This document shows positions 1-8,022 of a stretch of 49,631 nt of DNA, one piece after another (position 1 is the stretch's first letter; each line of letters begins with the position of its first letter). Source of the stretch: a virus. Lineage: Duplodnaviria; Caudoviricetes. The notes under the pieces are model-generated. The model was given only the letters and a program-made list of their open reading frames with translations, was not told the origin of the DNA and made no database searches. A program made the position numbers and the translations under genes. The stretch is taken from the IMG/VR virus record IMGVR_UViG_3300033480_000003, positions 1 through 49,631 of that record. One strand, written 5' to 3'.

Positions 1-127
1 CCGATTCATCCCGCGCCAACATCCCGCGCTGCTCGTCCTCAGATTCAATGAAGATTTCACAGTAGGGGGTCAGGTCCATCGGCACCTCGGCCTCCGTGAC
101 CGCCCCCAGGATGAACGCCTTGATATC
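1..127. repeat. Terminal direct repeat (identical to 49505-49631); circular assembly overlap
   Basis: ccgattcatc...ttgatatc occurs at both contig ends; 127 nt matches a common assembler k-mer; the ORF reads across the join. Confidence 0.95.
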
Positions 128-211
128 GGTCAGAGTGTCCAGCGCCGCCAGCCGCTCCACCAGGTATTTCTCGGCTTGGATGGTGAACAGGTTATCGGTG
201 ATATCGCTCAT
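1..211 (-). CDS. 5' part of tail terminator/completion-like protein (continues across the junction into 49504-49188)
   Basis: ATG at 211 overlaps the stop of 208-696 (ATGA); reads MSDITDNLFTIQAEKYLVERLAALDTLTDIKAFILGAVTEAEVPMDLTPY, joining the 49188-49589 ORF in frame. Confidence 0.7.
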   Translation of the reverse strand, partial: MSDITDNLFTIQAEKYLVERLAALDTLTDIKAFILGAVTEAEVPMDLTPYCEIFIESEDEQRGMLARDES

Positions 212-696
212 TGTGGCGCTCCATATTCCCTCATGATGTGCTCGCGGGCGAATTTATGCAGTTGGTCGTAATCCGGATCGGTCAATTGTAGCCATTTGCG
301 GGCGGGCATCTTTTCCGTGCCGGTCTGGTGATAGCGCGCATAGTCTTGGGTATTGCTAATCCACAAATCGCCCTGACCGCGCACCTCGTAGCCAAAGCCC
401 GCCCGCATCGTACCGTTAAAAACCAGGATGGGCGCACCGGGGCGCACGCGCTTTTTGTATGCGGCATATTTCTTAGATAGTTTGCGCCATTTGTAGGGAC
501 GCCCTTGCATTTCGTACTGATACGGGATATGGAATTTCACCAGGTAGTCGCCAAACCGGTTGTATACCGGCGTCATATTCTCAATTTGCGTGCGCCGCAA
601 ATCCAGCAATTTCGCCATTTTTGCCGCGCCGTCAGTTGACGACATGATGACGTTGCCGCCCGGAACATAGAACGTCGCCAGAATTACGTTTGCCAT
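208..696 (-). CDS. Phage virion morphogenesis protein (Mu gpG-like tail completion)
   Basis: W..LS..Y...K, ILV..G.M, YARYHQTG...MPARKWL motifs; position after the head-tail adaptor. Confidence 0.8.
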   Translation of the reverse strand: MANVILATFYVPGGNVIMSSTDGAAKMAKLLDLRRTQIENMTPVYNRFGDYLVKFHIPYQYEMQGRPYKWRKLSKKYAAYKKRVRPGAPILVFNGTMRAGFGYEVRGQGDLWISNTQDYARYHQTGTEKMPARKWLQLTDPDYDQLHKFAREHIMREYGAPQ

Positions 697-1124
697 TAGT
701 AGGTCTCATCCTCAACGCGCGTCGTCCAATAGCGATCCCGGTTGGGGAACGTTGAAATGCCGAAAGCTGGATCGATGTCAGAAAGCGGTTCGAGGCCAGG
801 GAGTTCTTGCTCTCCCTTGCGTAACCGGGTTTTGAAGCCTTCGCATTGCTCATTCCAATACTCCACCCGCGCCGGGGCATTGTCTGAGACGAACCCCGCG
901 TGCCACACGGCGACCGCCGCGCACATGCGGTTATAGCGTTTCATCAGCGCCACGGCTTGCGTGCCGGTAACGGGCACCTCGTACCCGGCAGCCTGCGCGA
1001 TCCCGTCTAGCTCGGCGGCGGTGTCCTCCACGATTTCCAGCGCCGCTGCTCGGTCAGGCGTCCCCGCCTGTTTGATGACCACCTGCATGAGCTGCTCAAC
1101 ATCTTCCACAGTACAGTAGGCCAT
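696..1124 (-). CDS. Head-tail adaptor (Mu gp36/gp6-like)
   Basis: MAYCTVEDV N-terminus, ELDG....GY.VP motif, size and position. Confidence 0.75.
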   Translation of the reverse strand: MAYCTVEDVEQLMQVVIKQAGTPDRAAALEIVEDTAAELDGIAQAAGYEVPVTGTQAVALMKRYNRMCAAVAVWHAGFVSDNAPARVEYWNEQCEGFKTRLRKGEQELPGLEPLSDIDPAFGISTFPNRDRYWTTRVEDETY

Positions 1125-1126
1125 AG

Positions 1127-1444
1127 TTACGTCTCCGCCTCGATAATCAGATAGGCTTCAAAAATGTTCACCCCGATGGTGAACTTGACTTCTACCCGAT
1201 ATTGATACCCGCTGAGTAGGCTTTTGATTTTGGGCAGCGTGATGACATTGCCGAGTACCGCCGTGCTGCCGGTCATGTTGGTAGTCGTCACGTCGGTAAG
1301 CGTGCCGTTATCCGCCACCTGGTAAATTTTGGCGGTGGTAGACGTGGGCGCGCTGCCCCAGTTCGTCACGTCCAGGCCGTAAACGATTTGCTCATCCGCC
1401 CCCTGCGGCAGCGGGCTTTCGACGATCTCGCGGGTTTTGGTCAT
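1127..1444 (-). CDS. Small beta-sandwich virion protein, fibre-adaptor-like
   Basis: Q.ADE...YGLD..NW and Y.VEV.FT pattern; follows the fibre-like genes. Confidence 0.5.
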   Translation of the reverse strand: MTKTREIVESPLPQGADEQIVYGLDVTNWGSAPTSTTAKIYQVADNGTLTDVTTTNMTGSTAVLGNVITLPKIKSLLSGYQYRVEVKFTIGVNIFEAYLIIEAET

Positions 1445-3768
1445 CGGTTGCGCATCTCCGGTAAGTCAAGCGCCAACAGGCGGGTATACAATTCCAGCGC
1501 CGTCGCCCGCGCTTCCAGGGTCAGGGCGGTGGAGCGCGCTACCAGGGTCAGCAGGAGCAGCACGACGCCGGCGAACACGTCGCCCACCTGGACACCGTCC
1601 GCCAACAGCAGGGAGCGCGCCAGGCCAAAAATATCCGCCACCGCCACGTTATCCGTGATGAAGGCCGCCAGCGCCAACGCCAGCGCGTCTGGGATGTCCA
1701 GTACCTCCAGCAGCACCTTGAAAACGTGCATGATGCGCCCGGTACTGACCAACCCCGCCCCGCCGAAATCATCGACGCGGGTATTAGTCCCATACACCCC
1801 CAGCCCAATGTAGTCCCCGGCGGCATACGTGGCGTCGGTGACGGTCAGCACTGCCGCGCCGTTGCGGTAGGCGGTGAAGGCCGCGCCATCCGCCCGGAAA
1901 CGCCAGGCGTCGCCCGGTAGTTGGCTCGTCAGCGTCTGCCCGATGTTGGTCCAAGTGCCGCAGTCGTCATACCGGTAAACCTGCACGGCGACTTCCTCTG
2001 GGAGCAGCGGATTCTCGGTAAAATACACATACAGTTGATACCCCGTCAGACTCACTAGTCCCGGTTGCGCCACCCGCGCCCACAGCGTCGTGACGGTAGA
2101 CAACCATTGATCCCCGCTCAGGAACACCAGGCCGCACTCGTGCGCGGGCGTGCCGAGGCCGGGCGTCCAGTACACGTCGTTGGTGCTATTCAGATCGAAC
2201 GGCTGCGCGGCGTTGGTTTTGACCCAGACGTCATCCGGGTAGATGGTGCAGTAGGCGTCCAGATGCGCCCAGTTGGGAGAAGCAGTGATCACCTCATCAG
2301 CCCGGTTGAAGTTATCCAGTACCACATAAGGCGCACTGACGCTTTCTCCGGACTGCACCCCATCGGTCAGGGACAGGGAGCGCAGGATTTGCAGCAAATC
2401 CGCCACCTGCGCGCCGTCGGCAAAGGCGCGGCGGGTGGCGCTCGCGTGCGCTTCGGAAGCCAGCGCGCCGTCAGATGGAACTTTGCCGATCAGCCGGGTG
2501 TAAGTTTCCCATAACGCGAGTAATTCAGTCAAGCCTTTGCCTACCGTCAGCGGCGCGTTGTCTGTGACTTGGAGCGCCTCCAACAGCCACAGCGCCCAAC
2601 TCAGCAGTAGACTATCCGTCACCTGCGCCCCCGCTGTCAAGGGCTTGCCCAGCGCGTTAGCCAACTGCGCCAGGCTCTGCGCGCCGTCGGTGATGGGCAT
2701 ATCCACCGCCTTGCTCATGCCCTCTCCGGCTGCCACGCCCGCCGCCAGCACTTGCTGCGCGGCGCGGGTCATGACCTCCGGGACTTGCAGTACTTCCGCC
2801 AGCCACAGTGCAAAACTTGGGCGCACCGTGTCGGTGAACTGCGCGCCCAACGTCAGCGATTTGTTAGGCCAGAGCGCCGGGGATGCGGCCACCTGCGCGC
2901 CATCTCCCACCGCCTGAATGATGGACGCCGCATAATCCGCCAGCGCCTCAGCCAGATCGCTCAGCGGCTTGCCGATGACCAATGCTTGCAACATCGTCAC
3001 GGGCAAGTTTTCCGCCAGCCACAAAGCAAAGCCCGGCAGCGCCACGTCCGAGAACTGCGCCCCGGCGCTCAACGGCTTATGAGGATGCAGCGCCGCCAGC
3101 GCGTTTCCCGCCGCCCCCGCCGCCAGTGCGCGTTGCAGATCACGGGCATAGGTTTCGAGAAGCGGCGTAAAATCTACCAGGTTCTTGCCGATCTGCAACA
3201 CCCGGGCGTCCGCCATCTGCGCGCCGGCCGTGAAGGCCCGTACGAAAGCCATGACTAACAGCGCGCTTTCGCCAACTGCCGCGCCCGCCGTGAAGTCCCG
3301 ATACCACGTCACCACCCGATCAAAAACCTCGGCGGCCTGCGCGCCGTCGGCGTTGGCCTTGCCCACCGCGCTGTTGCGGGTGTCGGCGACCTGCGCCCCC
3401 GCCGCATCTGGTCTGGATGGATGCATGGCGCGGGATTCGGCGACTTGCGCCCCGGCTGTGAAGGCCCGTATCCATTGCGTTACCGGATCAAAGACATCGG
3501 CGACTTGCGCCCCGGCGGTCAGGGACTTACCGCCAGCCCGTGTGCCAACGTCGGCGACCTGCGCGCCCGCCGTCTGTACCAGGTAGGGACGCATGATGCG
3601 CGCGTCGGCAAGCTGCGCTCCGGCTGCCAGTGGCTTGCTCCCAGCTTTGGCGCTGGCCTCGGTCAGGTAGCCATAGTCCAACAGACTGAGCGTGAGGTTG
3701 CGACTGGCAATCAGTTCCTCGTCATCAAACAGGCTATAACCTGCGCGCCGCAGCCGGATATCTGCCAT
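1441..3768 (-). CDS. Long repetitive fibre/appendage protein with a C-proximal lectin-like domain
   Basis: Many (L/F)T(A/D)GAQ(V/F)(A/T)D repeats at roughly 20-aa spacing; DNFNRAD...DDFGG bracketed beta domain. Confidence 0.55.
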   Translation of the reverse strand: MADIRLRRAGYSLFDDEELIASRNLTLSLLDYGYLTEASAKAGSKPLAAGAQLADARIMRPYLVQTAGAQVADVGTRAGGKSLTAGAQVADVFDPVTQWIRAFTAGAQVAESRAMHPSRPDAAGAQVADTRNSAVGKANADGAQAAEVFDRVVTWYRDFTAGAAVGESALLVMAFVRAFTAGAQMADARVLQIGKNLVDFTPLLETYARDLQRALAAGAAGNALAALHPHKPLSAGAQFSDVALPGFALWLAENLPVTMLQALVIGKPLSDLAEALADYAASIIQAVGDGAQVAASPALWPNKSLTLGAQFTDTVRPSFALWLAEVLQVPEVMTRAAQQVLAAGVAAGEGMSKAVDMPITDGAQSLAQLANALGKPLTAGAQVTDSLLLSWALWLLEALQVTDNAPLTVGKGLTELLALWETYTRLIGKVPSDGALASEAHASATRRAFADGAQVADLLQILRSLSLTDGVQSGESVSAPYVVLDNFNRADEVITASPNWAHLDAYCTIYPDDVWVKTNAAQPFDLNSTNDVYWTPGLGTPAHECGLVFLSGDQWLSTVTTLWARVAQPGLVSLTGYQLYVYFTENPLLPEEVAVQVYRYDDCGTWTNIGQTLTSQLPGDAWRFRADGAAFTAYRNGAAVLTVTDATYAAGDYIGLGVYGTNTRVDDFGGAGLVSTGRIMHVFKVLLEVLDIPDALALALAAFITDNVAVADIFGLARSLLLADGVQVGDVFAGVVLLLLTLVARSTALTLEARATALELYTRLLALDLPEMRNR

Positions 3769-5096
3769 TAGTGGCTATCCCTCCCGATGGGTTGATACCA
3801 CACACGCGCGCCGCCGCCGATAGTCGCCGTGCACAGTGCAAAATAAACTGCGCCGTCAGTGATGCGGGCGGTCGTCGTGGCGTCATACCGATAGAGGCCG
3901 GTGGCGGCTATCTGGGTCATAGCTGCTGAACCAATCAGGTCGCTGCCGTCGGCGGCTTTGATTACCTGAATCAGCGGCGTGGTAATCCCGGCGGTGATCG
4001 GTTGGGAATTCTTGTACCACGCCACGACATAGCGATCTGTCGGCGTCCCGGCAGCGTTGTCATCTATGAGCCAAACTTTGGCCTGGTAGGTGTCCATATC
4101 GGCGGCCAGGGTAGCGGCGTCAATTGCGCCGGCCGCTATCGCCGTAGCGTCGATTGCGCCCGCCGCAAACGTCGCCGCATCTATAGCGCCCGCTGCAATT
4201 TTAGCAGCAGTGATGGCGTCTGCGGCAATCGCCCCGGCGTCTATGGCGTTATCCGCAATTGCCGCCGCGTCTATGGCGCCGGCGGCAAACTTGGCATTCG
4301 TGATCGCGCCGGTCGCAATTGCCCCGGCGTCTATGGCATTGTCGGCGATGGCGTCAGCATCAATCGCCCCGGTTGCAATTGCGGCCGCTGTGATCGCGCC
4401 CGCCGTGATCGTGGCGGTGTTGGTGTTGAATCCGTGAGCCATGCCCCAGGGCAACAGAGTGAATGCTTCATCTATGACGGGCAAATCCGAGACGTCGAAT
4501 GGCGGATATACCGTTACCAATCCAGTAGCTGCTACGTAATCCACTACGCACCGACTACGGAATGGGGAAAAAAACAGAACTGTGCAACCGATGATTTGAT
4601 CGTTTACTGTGTAGGCTGGGGACAGATTGGCAGCATAGAAGGTGTTGGTAGTGACCGTATCATCAGATACCGTCCCATACGGCCAGGCCAGATCGATGTA
4701 GCCCGCTGTATTCAAATCATATTCACGTACTCCCAGCATGTAGGCATAGGTAATTTGATTGGCCGTGTCCAGATCGAACTCGTGCTGCGCCGAGGCGTTG
4801 CCGTAGGTGTCGATGGTCAGCGCCATGTCCAGCCAAGCTTTAGGCGACGTTTGATCCACGACGTACACCACCACCCGCGCCGCCTGCATTTCCGTGGCGG
4901 TCAGCACAATGGAGTACCCCTGCCCCTCATCGGTGAAGCCGTTGGTGGTGTTACCCTCGGCGGCTTCGTCTTTCATAATTTTGGTGTCGCCGGCGGCGTG
5001 CGCGGCGTCGGATTTGAAATCCACGCCGTCGGGGGTGTAGAGTTGGAAATCGATGGTGGCCGCCACGCCATATTTACGCAGGTAAACGCCATTCAC
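3768..5096 (-). CDS. Virion structural protein with AI(D/T)AxAIAxG decapeptide repeats (putative beta-solenoid fibre)
   Basis: Ig-like N- and C-terminal segments (GYSIVLTATEM, GLYRY) flank about 10 tandem 10-aa repeats. Confidence 0.55.
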   Translation of the reverse strand: MNGVYLRKYGVAATIDFQLYTPDGVDFKSDAAHAAGDTKIMKDEAAEGNTTNGFTDEGQGYSIVLTATEMQAARVVVYVVDQTSPKAWLDMALTIDTYGNASAQHEFDLDTANQITYAYMLGVREYDLNTAGYIDLAWPYGTVSDDTVTTNTFYAANLSPAYTVNDQIIGCTVLFFSPFRSRCVVDYVAATGLVTVYPPFDVSDLPVIDEAFTLLPWGMAHGFNTNTATITAGAITAAAIATGAIDADAIADNAIDAGAIATGAITNAKFAAGAIDAAAIADNAIDAGAIAADAITAAKIAAGAIDAATFAAGAIDATAIAAGAIDAATLAADMDTYQAKVWLIDDNAAGTPTDRYVVAWYKNSQPITAGITTPLIQVIKAADGSDLIGSAAMTQIAATGLYRYDATTTARITDGAVYFALCTATIGGGARVWYQPIGRDSH

Positions 5097-5099
5097 GGG

Positions 5100-5360
5100 C
5101 TAGTCCCTCAGCTTGTACAGGTTTGTGCCATGCGCGCCCAGGATGTCGGGCATGAGCGTGGTAATCGTGTTCATCGCGTTGGCGACTTCGGTCGCGCCGA
5201 TGTCCATCCCGGTATATTCGAAATCAGTTAGGAAGTCCGTACCGCCTAGTTTCGTCCATTCCTGCGCTTGGGCAGCGGCGCGGGCTTGCGCTTGCTCAAT
5301 GAGCGCCAGGATTTGTGCCGAGGTCGCCCGAATGTGATTGATCAGTGTAGCCTGTTGCAT
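5100..5360 (-). CDS. Small helical hypothetical protein
   Basis: Tightly packed ORF with GGAGG upstream. Confidence 0.6.
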   Translation of the reverse strand: MQQATLINHIRATSAQILALIEQAQARAAAQAQEWTKLGGTDFLTDFEYTGMDIGATEVANAMNTITTLMPDILGAHGTNLYKLRD

Positions 5361-6050
5361 TTAGTCCCTCCGATGTCTGAGGATGGAATGGGTGTAAATT
5401 TGCCAGATTTCCGTGGCGCTCAGCGCCCGCGACCAGATCGCGGCTTCGCTCATGAGGGCGTCCAGCGGCCAGCTATTGTCTACATGCGCGCCGATACGGA
5501 AGGGGGCAGTACCGTCATAGATACCGGCTGAGTAAGCCTCTGGGGTAGAATCCAGCACGCCGTTTTGGTAGATGCGCATGTATGAACCGTCGTATGTAGC
5601 GACGACGTGATTCCAGCCCCCCGCCATATAATCCCCCTTAACTATCGTATAGCTAGTACCGTTGCCGCTTAGATTCAGTTGAGGGATTATGGTATCAAAA
5701 GCCAGATCGTAGTACAGCCACAGCATGTAACCGCGCTCGTTGGTGGCCGCTTTGTATTTTTCGAGTAACACCTGACTAGCCACCCAGGTCGCCGGCTTGA
5801 CCCAACACGCCAGCGTGATGTTTCCGGTGATGGCAAGTCCCGTCTGCGCCGCGTCCGTGATTTCCAGGTACTCGGTGTTCGCGGCGGTAAACTGCGCGCT
5901 CAGTGCGCCGCGCTTGGTATCGGTGCTGGAGGTGACGGTGTTGTAATCGGTCAGATCGTTGTTGTTGGCGGTTTGGTCATAGCGCGTGCCGCTGGCCTCA
6001 GTGAGCAGCCATAGCCCCTGGAGGTTGGTATCGTAGGGGTCAACGGGCAT
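5361..6050 (-). CDS. LamG/concanavalin A-like domain protein
   Basis: ITLACWVKP, WNHVVATYDG...IYQNG, FRIG, AIWSRALSATEI motifs. Confidence 0.85.
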   Translation of the reverse strand: MPVDPYDTNLQGLWLLTEASGTRYDQTANNNDLTDYNTVTSSTDTKRGALSAQFTAANTEYLEITDAAQTGLAITGNITLACWVKPATWVASQVLLEKYKAATNERGYMLWLYYDLAFDTIIPQLNLSGNGTSYTIVKGDYMAGGWNHVVATYDGSYMRIYQNGVLDSTPEAYSAGIYDGTAPFRIGAHVDNSWPLDALMSEAAIWSRALSATEIWQIYTHSILRHRRD

Positions 6051-6608
6051 TTAAACCGCCGTGATGGTGAGTGTCCAGGTGACGGTCAGGCTATCGCTGG
6101 CCGCTTTGTTGATAACGGCAAACACTGACCGACAGAGCATCGTACCGGCGGTAACATCGTTGAAAATCCCCGCTTCGGTGATCGCGCCCGTGCCCGTCCC
6201 CGCGCCAAACGTCGCCAGGTACACCACGCTGTTGGTGCTCTGGGTGGTACTGGTCAGGGCGACGCGCCCCAACTCCGAACCCAGCGCGGTGTTGGCGGGG
6301 TCAACGGCGACTGCCCCAGAGCCAACTGCCATGTGACTCATGGCGACTTCGCCCTGGTCAGAAAGTTGATCGGCGATGTAGGCCAATCCGACGTTCACCA
6401 CCAGGTTGGGAAAGTCGCGGGAGTCCAGCAGCGTGCCGTCGGCGGCGTGCAAATCCAGGCGCAACCGCCCGGTAACGCGCGCTTTGCCATTCCAAGAATC
6501 TAGCAGGTTTTGCAGCGCATTGGTAAGTTCCGATAACGGCGCGGTAGGCATACCCAGATACGCTTGCAACTGCGCGCCCAGGGTCAAGGTTTTGGCTAAA
6601 TCCATCAT
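6051..6608 (-). CDS. Fibre-base-like structural protein
   Basis: NLVVNVG, HMAVGSG, TAL.SELGR, ITEAGIF, INK...DSLTVTW motifs typical of fibre N-terminal anchor proteins. Confidence 0.65.
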   Translation of the reverse strand: MMDLAKTLTLGAQLQAYLGMPTAPLSELTNALQNLLDSWNGKARVTGRLRLDLHAADGTLLDSRDFPNLVVNVGLAYIADQLSDQGEVAMSHMAVGSGAVAVDPANTALGSELGRVALTSTTQSTNSVVYLATFGAGTGTGAITEAGIFNDVTAGTMLCRSVFAVINKAASDSLTVTWTLTITAV

Positions 6609-6623
6609 GGTATCTATTCCTTT

Positions 6624-6650
6624 CCGGGGCGGGCTAGTCGCCCGCCCCGG
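6624..6650. terminator. GC-rich hairpin after the capsid block (terminator or mRNA stabiliser)
   Basis: ccggggcggg-ctagtcg-cccgccccgg, perfect 10-bp stem; no clear U-tract on the - strand. Confidence 0.5.
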
Positions 6651-6661
6651 TATATGTGAGG

Positions 6662-8011
6662 TTATCTATAGATGTCCGTTGGCGCGACGTAGATGGTGGT
6701 AGTAACAGTCCGGGCAGCAGTGGGATTACCGGTCAGCCGGTAACACCACGCGCCCGCTGCGGCAAATTCCAGATTGAGCGAGGCGTCGCCGGTAACGTTA
6801 AACGTCTGCGGGCTGTTAACCCGCGTCACGCTCGCGGCTACCGCTGCCACGTCCACATAGTGATAGGTTTCGGTGAAGGGCGTGGTAATGTCACTGTAAC
6901 TCAAGGTTGCCGTGAAGGGCGTGGTCACATCGCCGTAGCTCAAGGTTGCCGTGAATGGCGTGGTCGCATCACTGTAGGTAATCGTCACGGTGTACGGCGT
7001 AGTCCGGTCGCTGTAGGCATAGGTCTGCGTGAAGGGCGTGGTCTGGTCGGTGTACAGATACGTCATGGTGAATGGCGTGGTTACCGCGCCGTACTCGTAG
7101 GTGACGGTGAAGGGCGTGGTGTTCGTCCCGTAGGTATAGGTTTGCGTGAACGGCGTGGTGTTTGCGCCATACTCATAGGTTACTGCAAACGGTGTCACGT
7201 TGTCCGAGTAGTAGTAGGTGGTGGTGATGGGGTGGGGGTAAGTGCCGGTGATATCGCTCGTATACGTGATGAACTTCGCCAACTGTACCGGCGCGCTGGA
7301 CGTTGCGGAGATGTAATCCGCTGCCACTACCGGTGTGCTGGATACATAGTTGATATACTGTGACGGCACAACCGGAACGCTAGAGGTATCCGAGATGTAA
7401 CGCGCCAGCTGCACGGGCGTGCTGGCGATGGATGAAATCTCCCGCGCTAGCTGTACGGGAGTACTGGACATTGAAGCTACCTCGCGGGCGAATTGTACCG
7501 GCGTGCTGGACTGACTCGCCATTTCGCGCGCCAACTGTACCGGTGTAATTGAACCGCTGGCTAATTCGCGGGCAAGCTGTACCGGCGTGATCGACCCACT
7601 CGCCATTTCCCGCGCCAACTGTACCGGCGAGCTTTCCACATAGCTGATGTACCGGCTCGCGGCTACGGCGGGGCTGGCGACTAACACGGTATCGTAGGCG
7701 TCTGCCCAGTTGGTCACATAAGCGCACCCCACCGGGTCGATGGAGCGTTGCAGCGTGTATACCACCACGTCAGCCGCGTCGGTAACGTCCTGCGTCACCT
7801 GAATGTTGAAAGAGCCATAGGCTTCCTGTGACCAGGCCGTGCCGTTCCAGTCGTCAGTATGCGCCGTCCCCGCGTCTACCGTGATGCGTCCGGCCAAGTT
7901 GGTGATCGCGTCGGCGTTCACGGCGCGGGGTGGGACATCGCTCTTGAACAGGAACAGACTCAGCAGCAGCACAAAAGCCAGCGCCACAGTCAGAAACAAT
8001 CTAGTCTTCAT
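6662..8011 (-). CDS. Signal-peptide protein with two mirror-arranged repeat arrays
   Basis: MKTR + hydrophobic stretch + AVNA/DA; ten ~14-aa and ten 13-aa repeats; RBS GGAGGAG. Confidence 0.75.
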   Translation of the reverse strand: MKTRLFLTVALAFVLLLSLFLFKSDVPPRAVNADAITNLAGRITVDAGTAHTDDWNGTAWSQEAYGSFNIQVTQDVTDAADVVVYTLQRSIDPVGCAYVTNWADAYDTVLVASPAVAASRYISYVESSPVQLAREMASGSITPVQLARELASGSITPVQLAREMASQSSTPVQFAREVASMSSTPVQLAREISSIASTPVQLARYISDTSSVPVVPSQYINYVSSTPVVAADYISATSSAPVQLAKFITYTSDITGTYPHPITTTYYYSDNVTPFAVTYEYGANTTPFTQTYTYGTNTTPFTVTYEYGAVTTPFTMTYLYTDQTTPFTQTYAYSDRTTPYTVTITYSDATTPFTATLSYGDVTTPFTATLSYSDITTPFTETYHYVDVAAVAASVTRVNSPQTFNVTGDASLNLEFAAAGAWCYRLTGNPTAARTVTTTIYVAPTDIYR

Positions 8012-8022
8012 GTCACTCCTCC

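Noticed and set aside
1441-3768. GCGCAGGT motifs as part of the CGCA DNA-array system
   Set aside because: Here they always coincide with the in-frame GAQV peptide repeat and are widely spaced, so protein-level repetition suffices
4002-5231. 409-aa + strand ORF
   Set aside because: Antisense shadow of the repetitive, GC-rich 3768-5096 gene; no RBS context or recognisable motifs
6850-7630. CRISPR array or DGR template/variable repeats
   Set aside because: Units are 39/42 bp, degenerate at codon third positions and in frame, with no unique spacers; no cas or reverse transcriptase gene seen
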